A stretch of DNA of 63,983 bases, counting the filler, from Asterionella formosa (Eukaryota), in assembly GCA_002256025.1 (NCBI GenBank). It is 7 parts of 7 records of this genome, joined end to end, with 100 filler letters (N's around TTAATTAATTAA, not from the genome) between each part and the next. Parts side by side here need not be neighbours in the genome. Positions count along the whole stretch, not along the records: positions 9,240 to 18,374 come from NKIB01011076.1; positions 18,475 to 27,603 come from NKIB01011079.1; 5 more parts are not named here. One strand, written 5' to 3'. The number at the start of each line of letters is the position of its first letter. The stretch's first letter is position 1. The notes under the pieces are model-generated. The model made no database searches. It was not told the origin of the DNA and saw nothing but the letters and a program-made list of their open reading frames with translations. Positions 11,393 through 25,078 of the stretch are shown here, piece after piece. Made by a program: the position numbers and the translations under genes.

Positions 11393-12669
11393 ATGAGCAA
11401 CAACATCAACTCGTCAGATGACGATCGTTTTTTTCACTTCCGCAATATGCGGAAGCAAAACGAGAAGGGGGCCAAGCAAGAAAGAAACAAGGGAGGAGGA
11501 TCAAAAGTGGGAAAGGCATCCAATATCAATCGTTTTGACTATGACAAGCTTTTGAAAAGGATTATTTCGGTGAAAATCCGATTTACTCGTCAGCAATGTT
11601 CAGGAGGGGCTTCTGGATGAGCAGGTAATTTTTTGAGAAGATTCTTGATGATTTGGTTACTTCGGATTCTTACTTTTCTCAGAAGAAGGATGCCTTGGGT
11701 TTAGTGGGATTTTCGCCACGCCAAAAATCTACCTTGGTGCTTCTCATGTTAGCCTATGGAACATCGGCTGATCAGTTGGAAGATTTAACAAGAGTATCAG
11801 AGTCAACAACACTCAAAAATCTGCAATGCTTCTGTAACACAATAATCAGCAGGTATGGGAAAGAGTATCTTAGAGCTCTGACCAAAGAGTACCTTGAGAT
11901 GATTCTACATTTGCATAGAGGAAAGAGTTGGCCAGGGCTTATTTGTTCATTGGACATTATGCATTGGGAGTGGAAAAATTCCCAAAGCATACAGAGGAGC
12001 ATATGAAGGAAAATTAGGAATGGCGACTATTGCTTTGGAAGCTGCGGTTGATTGTAGACTTTTGGTTCTGGCATTCATAGTTTGGAATTCCCAGGGCAAA
12101 CAATGATCTTAACATTTTGGATCCTTCTCCATTTTTCCATGGTTTGTCAGATGAAAGGACTCCAAAGTAGTATACTTTGCCATCAACAACCAACAACACA
12201 ATCTTAGATATTATTTGGTTGACTTAAACTAACAAAATTGGCATACTTACTTCAAAACAATTTCAGAGCTACAATGTCCAAACCGGAGCTATTTCTCGAT
12301 GTGTCAGGAGGCTCAGCGGCGCAAGCGAGTCGAGCGAGCATTTGAAGTTCTACATGCCAGGTGGAGGATCCTTGCACTTCCATGTAAAATTTGGTCAGTG
12401 ATTTATATGAATAGAGTTCTTATTGCATGAATCATTTTGCTCAAGATATCATGGAGGATGGGTGGGAAACTGAAAATACAAATGACTATCTATTTGACAA
12501 TATTCATGATGGATTTTTGGTTGACAATGTGAATCATTACAATGTTCATACATTTCTTGATTTCAAGAATATTAGAATGAACTAGATGAGTAAAGTTGAG
12601 CACTTTCAATTGTGTAACAATTTGATTGAGCACTTGTGGAATCAAAACAGAACAAATAGCAGATAATAA
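11393..12669 (+). pseudogene. Harbinger-type DDE transposase (plant transposon protein-like)
   Basis: QKKDALGLVGFSPRQK, LAYGTSAD, WPGLICSLDIMHWEWKN, TIALEAAVD, FGIPRANNDLNILD, RKRVERAF; multiple stops and frameshifts. Confidence 0.9.
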
Positions 12670-12759
12670 CTTGATTCTAGATTAAGATGTTCAAGGCTGT
12701 AAAATACAAGTTCGAGATTGGCGATAATGAAATTAATAGTGAAATGTAATGTTACTAAA

Positions 12760-13366
12760 ATCAAACTAGTTTGATACTGTTGTGGTCCAGTCTCTAGAAT
12801 TGAAATCTCATCATCAGTAGCAAATGATGAAAGAGATATTGAAATATCGATTTCAAGTGAACTGCCTGACTCCCATGAACCGTTCTTGGGTTTTTTGTGT
12901 GATGGTTTTTAACTGTCCTCCATCTCCTCCATATCTTCTTGAGCCTTCCTAGCAAACAACTTTGGCTTCTTCCTCTGACTTACTATTAAGAACGAAAATC
13001 TTGAACCAAAATTCATCACATTGCGTCTTCACCATTTATTCCAACATCTGCATATGTTCTCCTTGTTCAATGACAAACTGAGCATTTACGAGCAGCTTAC
13101 TATCTTTTCCTGCTTTCTTCCCCATGGGATACACCTCTAATAACTCAGGACCCTTCGTTGTGATGTACTGCTGATCTTGGACATATCCACACCCACCCTT
13201 CCACTTTGGGGCATACTTCAAAATTCGCAAATCACCCTTCAGACACGATTTCTCTACCCAGTTTCCTTCCTTTTCCCTCTAATTTTAAACGCTCCCTGGC
13301 TTCTTCCAAATTGTTCCCTTTTGGGCAGTGCACGCCATTGAGGTGTGATCCTTCCCATCTGGGATA
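12760..13366 (-). pseudogene. Harbinger accessory (Myb/NAM-associated-like) protein remnant
   Basis: ILKYAPKW and PMGKKAGK motifs, a charged C-terminus, and position convergent to the transposase; interrupted by an N gap. Confidence 0.5.
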
Positions 13367-14142
13367 NNNNNNNNNNNNNNNNNNNNNNNNNNNNNNNNNN
13401 NNNNNNNNNNNNNNNNNNNNNNNNNNNNNNNNNNNNNNNNNNNNNNNNNNNNNNNNNNNNNNNNNNNNNNNNNNNNNNNNNNNNNNNNNNNNNNNNNNNN
13501 NNNNNNNNNNNNNNNNNNNNNNNNNNNNNNNNNNNNNNNNNNNNNNNNNNNNNNNNNNNNNNNNNNNNNNNNNNNNNNNNNNNNNNNNNNNNNNNNNNNN
13601 NNNNNNNNNNNNNNNNNNNNNNNNNNNNNNNNNNNNNNNNNNNNNNNNNNNNNNNNNNNNNNNNNNNNNNNNNNNNNNNNNNNNNNNNNNNNNNNNNNNN
13701 NNNNNNNNNNNNNNNNNNNNNNNNNNNNNNNNNNNNNNNNNNNNNNNNNNNNNNNNNNNNNNNNNNNNNNNNNNNNNNNNNNNNNNNNNNNNNNNNNNNN
13801 NNNNNNNNNNNNNNNNNNNNNNNNNNNNNNNNNNNNNNNNNNNNNNNNNNNNNNNNNNNNNNNNNNNNNNNNNNNNNNNNNNNNNNNNNNNNNNNNNNNN
13901 NNNNNNNNNNNNNNNNNNNNNNNNNNNNNNNNNNNNNNNNNNNNNNNNNNNNNNNNNNNNNNNNNNNNNNNNNNNNNNNNNNNNNNNNNNNNNNNNNNNN
14001 NNNNNNNNNNNNNNNNNNNNNNNNNNNNNNNNNNNNNNNNNNNNNNNNNNNNNNNNNNNNNNNNNNNNNNNNNNNNNNNNNNNNNNNNNNNNNNNNNNNN
14101 NNNNNNNNNNNNNNNNNNNNNNNNNNNNNNNNNNNNNNNNNN

Positions 14143-14245
14143 CTTGTTTGCTCAAATTTTGGCGAATGAACAAAGTTGAGGCACCATTAAAGGCTCTTGT
14201 TTGCTCAAATTTTGGCGCATAAACAAAGTTAAGGCACCATTAAAG
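14143..14245. repeat. 53-bp tandem repeat, 2 copies visible beside an N gap
   Basis: CTTGTTTGCTCAAATTTTGGCG...GGCACCATTAAAG occurs at 14143 and 14196. Confidence 0.9.
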
Positions 14246-15572
14246 CCGCATCAACCTGTTTGGTCAATGCGAATTGTAACAATTGCATTAGATCTATTCG
14301 ATAAAAAGTAACATAAAAGATATTTTAATCACTCTTGCTGGTGGTGTGCTTGTTATTATCGCTGTGCGTGTATATATATATATAGCTATATTGCTTGTTT
14401 GTTTGTGCTGTGTCTATGTATTCCCCGTTTATCTTCGTCTTCATATTCATACATTGTGTCCATTAATGATCGATCTTTCATCGTGAAATCTAAACAGTTA
14501 TGGAAAAAATGGACCACAAGTCATCCACAGCTAGCTATCCTAGAGGCCAGCTATTGCGACAAGGTGGAGCAATATCTACTTGAATGTCCCAGCTGGTATA
14601 CAAAAGAAATTTACTAGGTTGTTGATTGGGAATCACACAACCATGCCAGGAAGAAACTACAGATCACACTCATGATTATAATATTTAATTGGAATTGGTT
14701 CTGCTAGAAAATATGAAACAACGCCAAAAATATGAGCCCAACAATGACAGGAGATTCCCACAACGTGGTAGTAGATTAACGAGGACTTCAATAGCATCCT
14801 TCATTGTCCTCTTAAAATGTTGGAATCGAAGATGGCAAGGACAGAGACTATTACTTTACTCCTGGGAAACAACAAATGTCCATTGTGATATCAACATTGA
14901 ATCAAGGAATGAAATCATGGTTTGATGGCAGCTCTGTGAAGTGGTAGGAAGATATCCAGCCAGCAGCAAACACAGTAAGCCAGATCAGCCATCTTTGAGG
15001 CATGATTCCTGAATTAGCAGGACATACGCTGGGACCAGGCAGTACTGGACCGGCTTAACAAACTCTATCCACTGTTGGTTCAGATAAAACCTTGGATACG
15101 ATATGGATGATTAACCATATTTCGGACATGTGGACCGTTGGGATTGGATGTTAGTAGCAATACCTTAACCAGCCAATTTTTGCATTCAAGTACTGATGAG
15201 GAACAAATCAAGAAATTAAGCAGCCAAGGAGGCAGATCGAATCATTTCAACAAAGCCGATCTAATCAATCAGGTGTACCACCACTCTTTCTGCTACCATG
15301 TCAAGTTCGAAAATGGGATCTTTCTCTCCCTCTCTCTCAAAAGTTGCTATGAATCCTCATAGCTAGTAGAAACCTTGTTATGGGCAGCACTACGTCATGT
15401 CCCAATGTAGAAAGATATAATCTAGCTATATCAATTTCTCCAATTTGACATCGAAAAGCAAAACAGAAGGATGTTTTCATTTTGTTGTGGCTCAACAATA
15501 ATTGATTTGGTTATATATATTTGCAAATCCCCAAATGATGAAAATAAAAATTGAAGCGTTGAATCCTCACCA

Positions 15573-16901
15573 TCAAACACAGGATGTATTCCTACAACGT
15601 TGCTCACACATGCAATCTTTGGAGCAATAACCACCACTGGGGACAAACGTGAGTCCAGACGGGGTGAATGAAAAATTGTCAATTTGGACTTGCACTTGTA
15701 GGGCGGCATCTAAGAATCCTGATGGTGCCACAGCACCTTGACTGTTCCAAAGGTTAATCCGCACTTCTAGTTGTTTGATTGGAAGACATTGGATGTAATC
15801 TTCCACTCCATTGACAATGGATGTTTTGGTTTCGTAAGTATGATTCAGTCCACCACCAGCAGTGGTGGACCAGACAATCTTTCCAGGATTCCACTTGAAT
15901 TCGTACGTGTGACCCCCAGGATCCAGTGATGTTGGCACTCCTGAATAGAACCGATATCTTGATGGTGCATCCACAGGCTGGACTAGAAATTGTACATCAG
16001 CATCGTTGGGCTTGGACCATCGGGAAATTTCAATGTCAACTTCATGATTCCAATTCTCATGAATGGCATATTGATCTTCATCATTCCAAGTAAATAGTCC
16101 CAATACTAAATTATCTGGAAGTGTAGATGAAACGACAGTCGAATCGGTTGTATTCACAACTGAAACACTCTTAACTGAAAACCGATAGGTCCCATAAGTG
16201 AAATTTTTATCCTGAGGAAGCAAGACTCTCACTTCGCTGGCTTCCCAATTGTCACCCACTTTCATGTATCTCATTGTCAATGTATTCCAAGCAACGGACA
16301 CCGCTTCCGTAGAAAACCGATTATCCCCAGGACCACAGAGGGCATCGCCACTGCTTGCCTTCACTTCGACAGTATAGTTCGACCACATTTTGGTGTATCG
16401 CTTCCGGTTGCGATAGGATGGGAAGCAATATAGATCTTCCGTCGACAAGGGGGAAAAAACATTGTCGAGAACATCGGGAGAGGGTGTAGGGGTAGGGGTA
16501 GAATTGTACGCTGGAGAAGGATTAGATTGTGGAAGGGGAGCATCCGTAGGCTCGGGGAGAGGAGCATCCGTGGAGACTGATTGGGAAATGATATTTGTTT
16601 TTGTGGGTGCTCGTATAAAAACGGCGAACATTAAAACAAGAATCCCAGATACCACGCCCAAGATGAATTTCTTGCGCCACAAAACCTCTTGTTTTCGGAG
16701 TCGTTCTTTCTCTACTTGTTCTTCTTTATTCATTTCTGCCTCATGAACATCAATCGTGACCTCCTTCTCCTTGTCGGGATCATCTTCAAATGAATGGGAA
16801 GTGTCTTGCAGCGGCGCAGTACATATGTCATTGTCGTCCACCTTGCATTCCAGAGCGGGCCGGAGCTTAATCCCAAAGTAGTCCTCAAAGACCCGAATCA
16901 T
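15573..16901 (-). CDS. Single-pass membrane protein with GH16-like (ConA-like fold) domain
   Basis: TM helix (FILGVVSGILVLMFAVFI), Pro/Thr stalk, ExDxE motif HEVDIEISRW, HTYEFKWNPGKIVW, Cys-rich tail. The frame stays open upstream of 16901, so the start is uncertain. Confidence 0.75.
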   Translation of the reverse strand: MIRVFEDYFGIKLRPALECKVDDNDICTAPLQDTSHSFEDDPDKEKEVTIDVHEAEMNKEEQVEKERLRKQEVLWRKKFILGVVSGILVLMFAVFIRAPTKTNIISQSVSTDAPLPEPTDAPLPQSNPSPAYNSTPTPTPSPDVLDNVFSPLSTEDLYCFPSYRNRKRYTKMWSNYTVEVKASSGDALCGPGDNRFSTEAVSVAWNTLTMRYMKVGDNWEASEVRVLLPQDKNFTYGTYRFSVKSVSVVNTTDSTVVSSTLPDNLVLGLFTWNDEDQYAIHENWNHEVDIEISRWSKPNDADVQFLVQPVDAPSRYRFYSGVPTSLDPGGHTYEFKWNPGKIVWSTTAGGGLNHTYETKTSIVNGVEDYIQCLPIKQLEVRINLWNSQGAVAPSGFLDAALQVQVQIDNFSFTPSGLTFVPSGGYCSKDCMCEQRCRNTSCV

Positions 16902-17813
16902 CTTGAAAGAATCTGTTTTCCATACGCTACGCTTGCCTGGCGAACGAAGAAGTTTGGATGTAGGTACGAAATAGTGGGCGTACCTTTGATTCGAATGCCG
17001 GGACAGGAATGTAAATTAAACATGAAGCATAGAATACATGTAGAAGGAAAGGAATGATACTTACCGGAATAAAATATATGTATATATATATGACATATAT
17101 CGGTATGTCGGATCGGAGAATATCGAAATTAGAATACCACGTATATTTATCTACTGGAATAACATGGTGCATGGTACGAATTATTTATTAGCTACTCCGA
17201 GTACAAGTTACGTCGCATACCGAGCCACACCAAAAAATCATATTTTCAGTCTTGGGAAGAAGGACCTGGTGCCGGTAAGTTTTGTCAGCCTTCCTTCTCC
17301 ATTTCTACCTGGGTACCGTTAGTAGCACAGAAAATGGTAAAATCAACTACGGTACATAGCTACCAGGTACTGTGTGTACTCCGGAGCGATATCAAGTGCA
17401 TACCGGTACGTAAGTCGTTCTTGATTATGATCATTATATTCACATTTGATGGACATATACTACCAGTACATTAAAAACGACCTAGACGACTGTAACAGTA
17501 TCAAATCACGCACACCATAAAAATCTTCTTTTGGCAACAAATACCGGTATGACATGAAATACCGGTACTGATTCTATTTCCATTCCTCAGACTACATCTG
17601 CCGGGTACCCTTCGGACACCTGTCGATATCAACAGCCTAACAGACACATTCTGACATACCGGTATGTACCGGTAATAGGGAATACAACTTATTGGTATAC
17701 TAAATCTTCGGTGTCACCAAAGAAGTGTGGAAACAATTGGCTGATTGCTGCATTTTTACTACGGTATCATATCTTATTTACCATCTCACAACCAGAAACA
17801 CGCAGCTGTCAAA

Positions 17814-18374
17814 ATGGGAACTCACCAGCATGGATCAAGCTGTTCACACGGCAAGCAACCGTCGAGTAAGATAGATCAGGAAAGCCATGGCCACCAGAAG
17901 GACGTCCTGACGCGACTCTACATAGCGTCTGCGCTCTGCTGCGTCTTTCTGGTTGTTGAGATCATCGGTGGGTGGCTCGCTGGCTCCCTCGCTGTCTTGT
18001 CGGATGCTGCCCATTTATTTGCTGATCTCGCGGGATTTGGAGTGGCGATTGGCGCTTCGCATTTGGCCGCGCTGCCAACGACGGATCAGCACACATTTGG
18101 ACTAAAGCGCATGGAATCCTTGGCTGCCTTGTTTAGCATGGTCAGTCTCGCATTGGTTAGTGTCGGGCTTGCGTTCGAAGCCGTGAGACGACTGCTCATG
18201 CCGCCCGAAGAAGGAGTGGATGGAAAGCTCATGAGTGGCATTGCAACCATTGGGGTCATTGTCAACATCATTCTGGCCTTTGTCTTGGGGGAACATCACG
18301 TACACTTACCCGGAAGCAATCATAGTGACCACGACCATGACCACGACCATGAACACCATCACAAACACGACGAG
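17814..18374 (+). CDS. Cation diffusion facilitator (ZnT/SLC30/MTP-type zinc transporter), 3' partial
   Basis: EIIGGWLAGSLAVLSDAAHLFAD, TFGLKRMESLAALFS, and a His-rich loop HSDHDHDHDHEHHHKH; cut by scaffold end. Confidence 0.92.
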
Positions 18375-18474
18375 NNNNNNNNNNNNNNNNNNNNNNNNNN
18401 NNNNNNNNNNNNNNNNNNTTAATTAATTAANNNNNNNNNNNNNNNNNNNNNNNNNNNNNNNNNNNNNNNNNNNN
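18375..18474. other. Artificial scaffold spacer
   Basis: N44-TTAATTAATTAA-N44. Confidence 0.98.
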
Positions 18475-18737
18475 ATTTCTGTTGAAGTCATGACGAAATT
18501 CGGGCGCGCCAGTGCTCCAAAAATAGAAATTCAATTGATCCTAGAAGCCGATTGAACCTAAAACAATATATCTTTTAATGTTGCTATTTATGTTTTAGAC
18601 TTTGGAGAAAACGGTGGTGAAGTTGGTTTTTTCATAAAGTTTGACAATCAAAAAAGTTCCAATATCTTGTACTCCCCTCTAAGTAAAATCAGTCGTGGCT
18701 GTGTACATTGAGGGGTACGAGACACCAGGTTTTACGG
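18475..18737. mobile_element. Terminal part of the Tc1/mariner-type element family seen at 5266-6047
   Basis: Inverted homology to 5266-5486; ends GAGACACCAGGTTTTACGG followed by TA. Confidence 0.8.
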
Positions 18738-18924
18738 TACATAATTCTTGAGTTCTTCCGCTGACTCTCGTGGAATTCTACAGTACATGCAAGCTCCAAA
18801 TTCATTCAGTCATGCTAATAGCAGTAGCACATTTCTACACTGGAATTATTGTCCAACATGATGATTATATCTATACATAAATATATTTAATAATAAGTAT
18901 GTACTAGACTGCATTATATAGTGG

Positions 18925-19070
18925 TAGATGAAAGGGTTTTATTGTGGAGTGTTTTGCCAGTATCCCGGTATGAGTATCGAACAATACTATTTTTAATGAC
19001 ACATCTATCACATAGATTCTACATAAACTTTCGTACCGTGTATGAGTGATATATCTATTTTACATAGAAT
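18925..19070. repeat. Dispersed repeat shared with about 29325-29470
   Basis: Shared blocks ATGAAAGGG, CTATTTTTAATGA, ATAGATTCTACAT(A/G)AACTTTCGTACCG, ATAGAATAC. Confidence 0.6.
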
Positions 19071-19603
19071 ACAGGACGATGGATGACGATGTTTCATCAC
19101 GAATGAGATCATGAAGACATTTTGAGAAATTACGAGCTTAGCTGTGTCCTGAATACCCGGTACACCAGTATCATTTTATATGCACAGGAGGTACATTTTT
19201 ATTGGAAAGAAAGGACTCGTACAGATACATAGATATAATACGTACATTATACCGACCATAATTTCAAATTTCGAACCCGGTCACCTGTACAAATCTACAA
19301 GGCTCAAAATACGGGACTTCAAGTATACTGGAAAAAGGCTCTCTTTTCTGTCTACGGAGTACATGCTGAGCAATCCTGCACATCGATACAGATGTATATA
19401 GGGTTAGGGTTATATCAAAAACATCGGAACTCAATAATGAAAGAACTCGACTAACACCCATTCTATACTTTGATGTCAGTTCAGGAAATGAGTTGTACAT
19501 AAGGAATAATTAATAAGCTCATATATTCAACAAATACTACTCCTTCTAGTTAGATACTACTTCACTTTGAATTCAAAAAGAGTCGAATTAGAAGACAACA
19601 AAC

Positions 19604-21725
19604 ATGGCAATGTATTCAAGGGTTCCTGTGATTCCTTTGATCAAAGACTACAATGTATTGACTAATCAAGACTAAAACATTCAGAGTTGCTTTAACCGGT
19701 GGAAGGTTTGAATCGTTTGATCAAGATATGATCAATGGAAGCTCTGTGGAAGCATTGTTAATTGGAGTGAGTCAATTTCGTGACATGGCTAACACATGTG
19801 CCTTTAGCCCTGCAGATACCTTTTCCTAATTTAAAAGGTGTTTGACAGACAGTGCCTTATCTGATTGGTAGAATGTGGAAGTACACCCAGAAGATCAATC
19901 TTACGATAGTTTTGATGAAGCGATGGTTTTACAGTTAGATGATCATTTACCAAATGAGAGTTTTCAACGTCAATGACAATGGATGTTACGTTATTTATCT
20001 AAACCCTTTTCTATGTTGGTAATGGATTTCGGAGCTTGTATTAAAACTTTGAACAGGCTACTTCAACTAATGCCTCATCCAGAAGATCAAAACGGATTTT
20101 CAAAAAAAGATATGCGGATTATAATTATCCGTTCTATGCCCAATGAGTGGCAACAAGAGTTTGAATTAAATCATGCGAAAACTTCAAGCCAATCGATTCG
20201 CTCGGTTCTCGCTTACTTCGAGAGTCAACAATCGTTTAAGGACCGAAACAAGCATCTTCCCAAGAACAGTTTCCAAACAATCACACAAAATCGTCTTCGT
20301 ATTGCTGAAGGCAATCATGTGATGCGTCAAGAAAACAAGCGTGTCAGTCGTCAATTCTACAACGATAATTTTACTCCAAGTGGTCTTGGAAGAGCGCGTG
20401 CTATTGTCAATGCAGCCGGACGCGCATGGGATCGTCAGGCGACTGTTTGTCATCAACCTCTACAAGCCAGTCGTACGTATCATGATTATCGTGGTCCTTG
20501 CCCGGTACATCCTCAAGGTGTACATACTTGGGGCAATTGTTTCCAGAATCCTCGTACTCAAGGTGGTCGAGCAGGTCGCATGGCTGGTCGTAATAATGGA
20601 TATGGCCGTTCCAGTTTTGGTAGACGAGGACATTTTGGTGGTCGTGGAGGCGGTGCACACAGCAATCCTACGGAAAGCTACCATACTGACACTGCTAAAC
20701 CTGTGCCTGATCCACATGTTTGTATGTTAAATTCATGGACTCATCCATCCGGTTGGGGTACCTGGTACCGTGCCACGTGCCGATCCTACCGAGAATACAT
20801 CTGCCCAGGAAATTTCAGTGGTCACGAACCCTCCTGCTGGTCAGATAGTGACTTTTGTCCCTACTACCCAACAGCAGATTTGTGATCGTCATCACAGAGG
20901 TATGTGCGATAATAGCGATGCTATTTATAATGACTCGTTGAGTATATCTCACGTTGGTCATCACCTGAATAAAATTGTTTACTTAAAGGTTGAATACACT
21001 ATGGATACCGCTGTTGCTGTAACGCGGGACATAAATAACTGTATTGATGGACATGATGTTCCACATACATATCAGGGCCCAATTCCGGTTTCCTGTTTTA
21101 CTTCTAAGGATATATTTACATCAATTGATTTGATTCCGATGTCCCTTCTAGCGCCACGATTGGTGGATGATATACCTATGCATAAAATACTACGAGTAGT
21201 ATTCGTTAGTGGAGGATCGTTATCCTTAATACATGAACGGGTTATGCCTCAAGGTATTTCTTTGTCTGACGAGACTTCCCAATTAATACATACCATAGCT
21301 GGTACTTATTCATCTCATGCCAGTGTCATGCTATATGACCTGATTCTACCAGAATTTAATCGATCCGCTCATATTTTACAACAACAATGCCAAGTCTTTA
21401 ATGGTCTATGCACATTTGATGTTATTTTAGGACGTGATTTCCTCCGTCAAGTTGGTTTAACCATTGATTTCGTAAATAACACCATGTCCTGTATGGATAT
21501 GATTGTTCCTATGCATCCTCTCACATTCTTTGATGATAGAGAACGTTTATAAGTTGTATTATTATATTTCGATGCACCTATGCTTGTGGAATCTTCATAT
21601 GCGCTGGAAATTAAAGCTGCTGAATATAATTACGTAAATATTGATACAGTGGTGGATAAACAGATACATTTGACAACAATACAACGATCATGTTTATGAA
21701 CTATATTGGTCAAAGAGGAATCAAC
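19604..21725 (+). mobile_element. Ty3/Gypsy-like retrotransposon remnant (gag, zinc knuckle, aspartic protease)
   Basis: Gag-like RSMPNEWQQEF, knuckle CPVHPQGVHTWGNC, RG-rich tract, protease with degenerate active site (VVFVSGGS) and DVILGRDFL; many stops; ends before RT. Confidence 0.8.
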
Positions 21726-22479
21726 CTTTTAGCTCCCACCATGTTACCTTACCTTACTTGATTGAGACTTTCTCCAGAGCGAGTTCGCTCATGACGGAGA
21801 AAGAACGACGACATAAAGTCATCAATGAATGACATGGAACCGAATGAACTACTCAGACAACACTCCAGTAAGAAGCTGCTAAAGTACTACAGTACAACTA
21901 CCGGTACACTGCTTGTGTTGAGAACAGAGTTGACCAGCCATGTCTGTTCATCCTTCTAGTATTACCGGTACTCGACTACTCCTATTCCTACTGGTATGAA
22001 CTGATATGAGTTCATCGTTGTGCAGCATCGTAATTGCAGAGGTGGGTGGTTGGCATTACTATACATTCCTCGTGACTGCAGCCAGCCAGCAGTTCGTTTG
22101 GATTAGGCTTTACATAGCTAGTACAGTGCTCTGGATGCTTCCGGTTCCAGAACTCATCAAGGCTTTGTATGCTGCTGGGTTGGCTTGGTTTGTTTTGGCT
22201 TGGGTATCTCTTCACACAACTGCAGCGTCGTGAACCGGCAGTTCAGCTGCTACTGCCATTGCCACTACTTGCAGGAGCAAGGGACAGTCAAATCCTGATT
22301 CATCATTAGAATCAGAAGACAACAACACTTGAGTTGGATCCAGCAACGAGTGAAACTACCAGTATTGTTCCTGACTTGGAGGCGACCTCATTTATTAGAA
22401 AAGACCAACAAAGCTATGCTTGCATGGCTGGTCGCCGGGATCTCAGTCTCGCTACTGCTTGTATGGTACTTGATGGATT

Positions 22480-22722
22480 CTGGAGAGAACCTCCACCCAA
22501 GCCCGGACTTTCATGCCAAGATGCAGTGGAGTGTTACCCTTGTCGTCTTTCATTGTTGTGACATCAGGACAGGCATCCAAAAGGGCCCTGATAACCACCA
22601 CATTGGCCCCTTCTTCTACTCCAAGGTACAACAGAGTGTTTCCGTAGTGGTGTTGCACCTTTGCAGCTTCAGGACAAGCTTTCAACTGGGCTTCAATAAC
22701 ATCCAGCCCAATAGGAATGAAA
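22480..22722 (-). pseudogene. Ankyrin-repeat fragment paralogous to the gene at 1-2475
   Basis: IGLDVIEAQLKACPEAAKVQHHYGNTLL...GNTPLHLGMKVRA aligns to IGVDDIKARLKDCPEAAKAQDRHGNTLLHHGMKVRA. Confidence 0.8.
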
Positions 22723-25078
22723 TGACAGTCCGAGAAAGAGCGAAGCCAACAGGTACACGAATTAAATTGAAGTATCATACATATTGAGCAATGATCCGTC
22801 GGACGAATTACATCAAGAAAGGGTTGGCGATAGTGGTTGCTATCCAGTAGCCGACCCGGCGCTGGCTCACAGGACTTGAACATATACATGTGCTCAACAG
22901 TACGTGACGAATTAATTCAATGTTCAATTAGATGTTCAAGACCTGGATACACGTACTTTCTGTAGGCAATTTAGTTGGGGAAGACACTTCAAGGCGGCGA
23001 AAACAACCAACCTGTAGTCAAGCATGGCGCACCAATCACGATCGGTGGATACCGGTGATTCTAAACTATCATTACCCTTGTACTGGTACTCCCTAACCCT
23101 AACAGATCTGGATGAATCCTTTACGAGATCACGCAGCAGCCACACATGGCAGCTCTATCGAAATCTTGCTTTTGAGGTGGCCCAACTTTGGCCTTTTGTG
23201 GGGGCTCCTGTGCAGTGGCAGCAACCACTTGGTCAACAGACACAGCAACTTTTCCTTCATTGACAGCTTGTTCAGCTTCATCAGTTGGAAGTGGAAAACT
23301 AACATCTTCGACAGTTTCAACCTCAGAATTCTCTTTTCCTTTTCCTTCTTTGATCTCAGTAGTGTTTTCAACTTTCATGTCAATTGGGTGACCACCAACT
23401 CTCTTGCCCAAGCGGACAGAGATAAATGTGACCTTCTTTTCATAATTTTCCAATTTAGTAAGCACATGCTTTTTGATCGCAAAATTCCAAAAAGTTTTCT
23501 CTTTCTGTGTTTCCTTGTCAACCTCTTCCAACCAATGGCACATCATACCATTCTTCAACAAATTTCTGGAAATCATTCAGCCTTCCTGATGCTGTGAGTA
23601 CCAATATCCTCCACCTCATATCCATCTAGATCACACAATAGCTACTACTGAAGCAGAACTTGATGCAGCCACCACCTTATCACAACATGTTTTGTGGCTA
23701 TGCAGGTACATGGAAGATATGTCAATTTCTTATCATGATGCTACTGCCACTTGAGAAGACAAGAATTTTGCTCCAAAAATCATTGTGCATGCGAGCAAAT
23801 TAAAGCGCAATGTACATCATATTGCTACAAAAAAGGCTTTGCAAGAAAATGTCCATATTGGGAGAGTCCATTTTACCTGGGTTTTATCTGTTCACAATTT
23901 AGCTGTCCATTTTACCAAGATGCTCCCATATTCTATCCTTCATGCACATTGCATGACTATGATGGGATATCAATTTATTGATGCAGGTCATCTTGCACTC
24001 GCCCTGCTCGTGCGCCCTGCCACAACAGTTCTTTGACAAGTTATGAATCAACTCTTTCCATCATGATGTGTCAATAGATGTCTGTTTGTCTGACAGTACC
24101 TATCTTATCTAATTATTATTAAATCACTCTTTTAACAACCACACCTTCCAATCTCCTTTTGAGCTTTTTGTCAGGTTAGGCATCAGACTCCTCTCCTCTC
24201 TTGTCTCCTTATTCATCAACCTTGTTGATCTCCCTCATCCTCTCCTCCTTCATTGCATGCTATGGTCATAATCAATTTACCAGTATGCTTCTCATTTTCC
24301 CTAACCATGAGTATGGTTCCATTAGGGGGACTACCCTACCTAGTATTAAATTCTCATCCAGTTCCCATTCACATGCATCCGTCCAAATGTACGTCAGGCT
24401 ATTCACTGAAGTACCAGTACTGGCGTGGTACAATAAGAATATTACCATCAATTTAGAAACGGTAAACTATTTCATTTTCATATTCTTTCACTCTTTGCTT
24501 TACTCCACTCTTTGCTTTATTCTCTCATCTCTCTATTTCCTGTATCATTTTGTTATCGTACGGTTCGTGCACATCGAGAAACAATCTCAGTCGCCTCAGT
24601 GTTGTAGCAGCAGAACCAGTCACTCACAACCTGTCGTCACTAACCTCGAACTTATTTAGCCAATAGTCGCATCATTGTTCATGGTACGCACATTTCATTT
24701 CGATGGAGCAACAACAGCAACAACCTCTGCAGCAGAACTATCAGCAACAACAGCAAGAACAACAAACACCAACAACTATTTCTAGTAGCACACCCTCGGA
24801 AACGTTACGACCAGGAGCCTCACTCACGGCTTCAAAAGATTATCTGGCTGGAGATGGAGCTTCACCCATGGCTCCAGAAGTAATGGAAGTCAACAGAGCA
24901 GTCAAAGAAAAGGGAGGGACTGCACAAACATTTTTGGTAATGGTTGTCCTCGGCAGACAATCAAATGTGCATGACCATTAATCCACCAAGCAGTGAGTCA
25001 TGGTTGTAGCAATGTTGTTTTGGATCAATTTTTTGCTATTATTCACATCATAAATAAATCCTCCTTCCCATTCCACAG

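Larger units (their letters stand above)
11054..14270 (+). mobile_element. PIF/Harbinger DNA transposon, degenerate
   Basis: Transposase pseudogene on +, convergent second ORF on -, terminal motif CCGCATCGACCAAA with partial inverted match TTTGGTCAATGCG near 14252-14264. The terminal segment is also found at 36370-36450. Confidence 0.7.

Noticed and set aside
13206..14222. Long ORFs spanning N runs (also 49430-50347 and 52157-53289)
   Set aside because: They are open only because of the Ns.
23600..23870. Cys-rich remnant (CSKNHCAC...CTSYC...CPYW), possibly a Ginger-type integrase C-terminus
   Set aside because: Too short and broken to assign without a search.
24703..24981. Gln-rich 92-aa ORF
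   Set aside because: Low complexity with no recognisable domain; it may be an exon fragment, but that cannot be supported.
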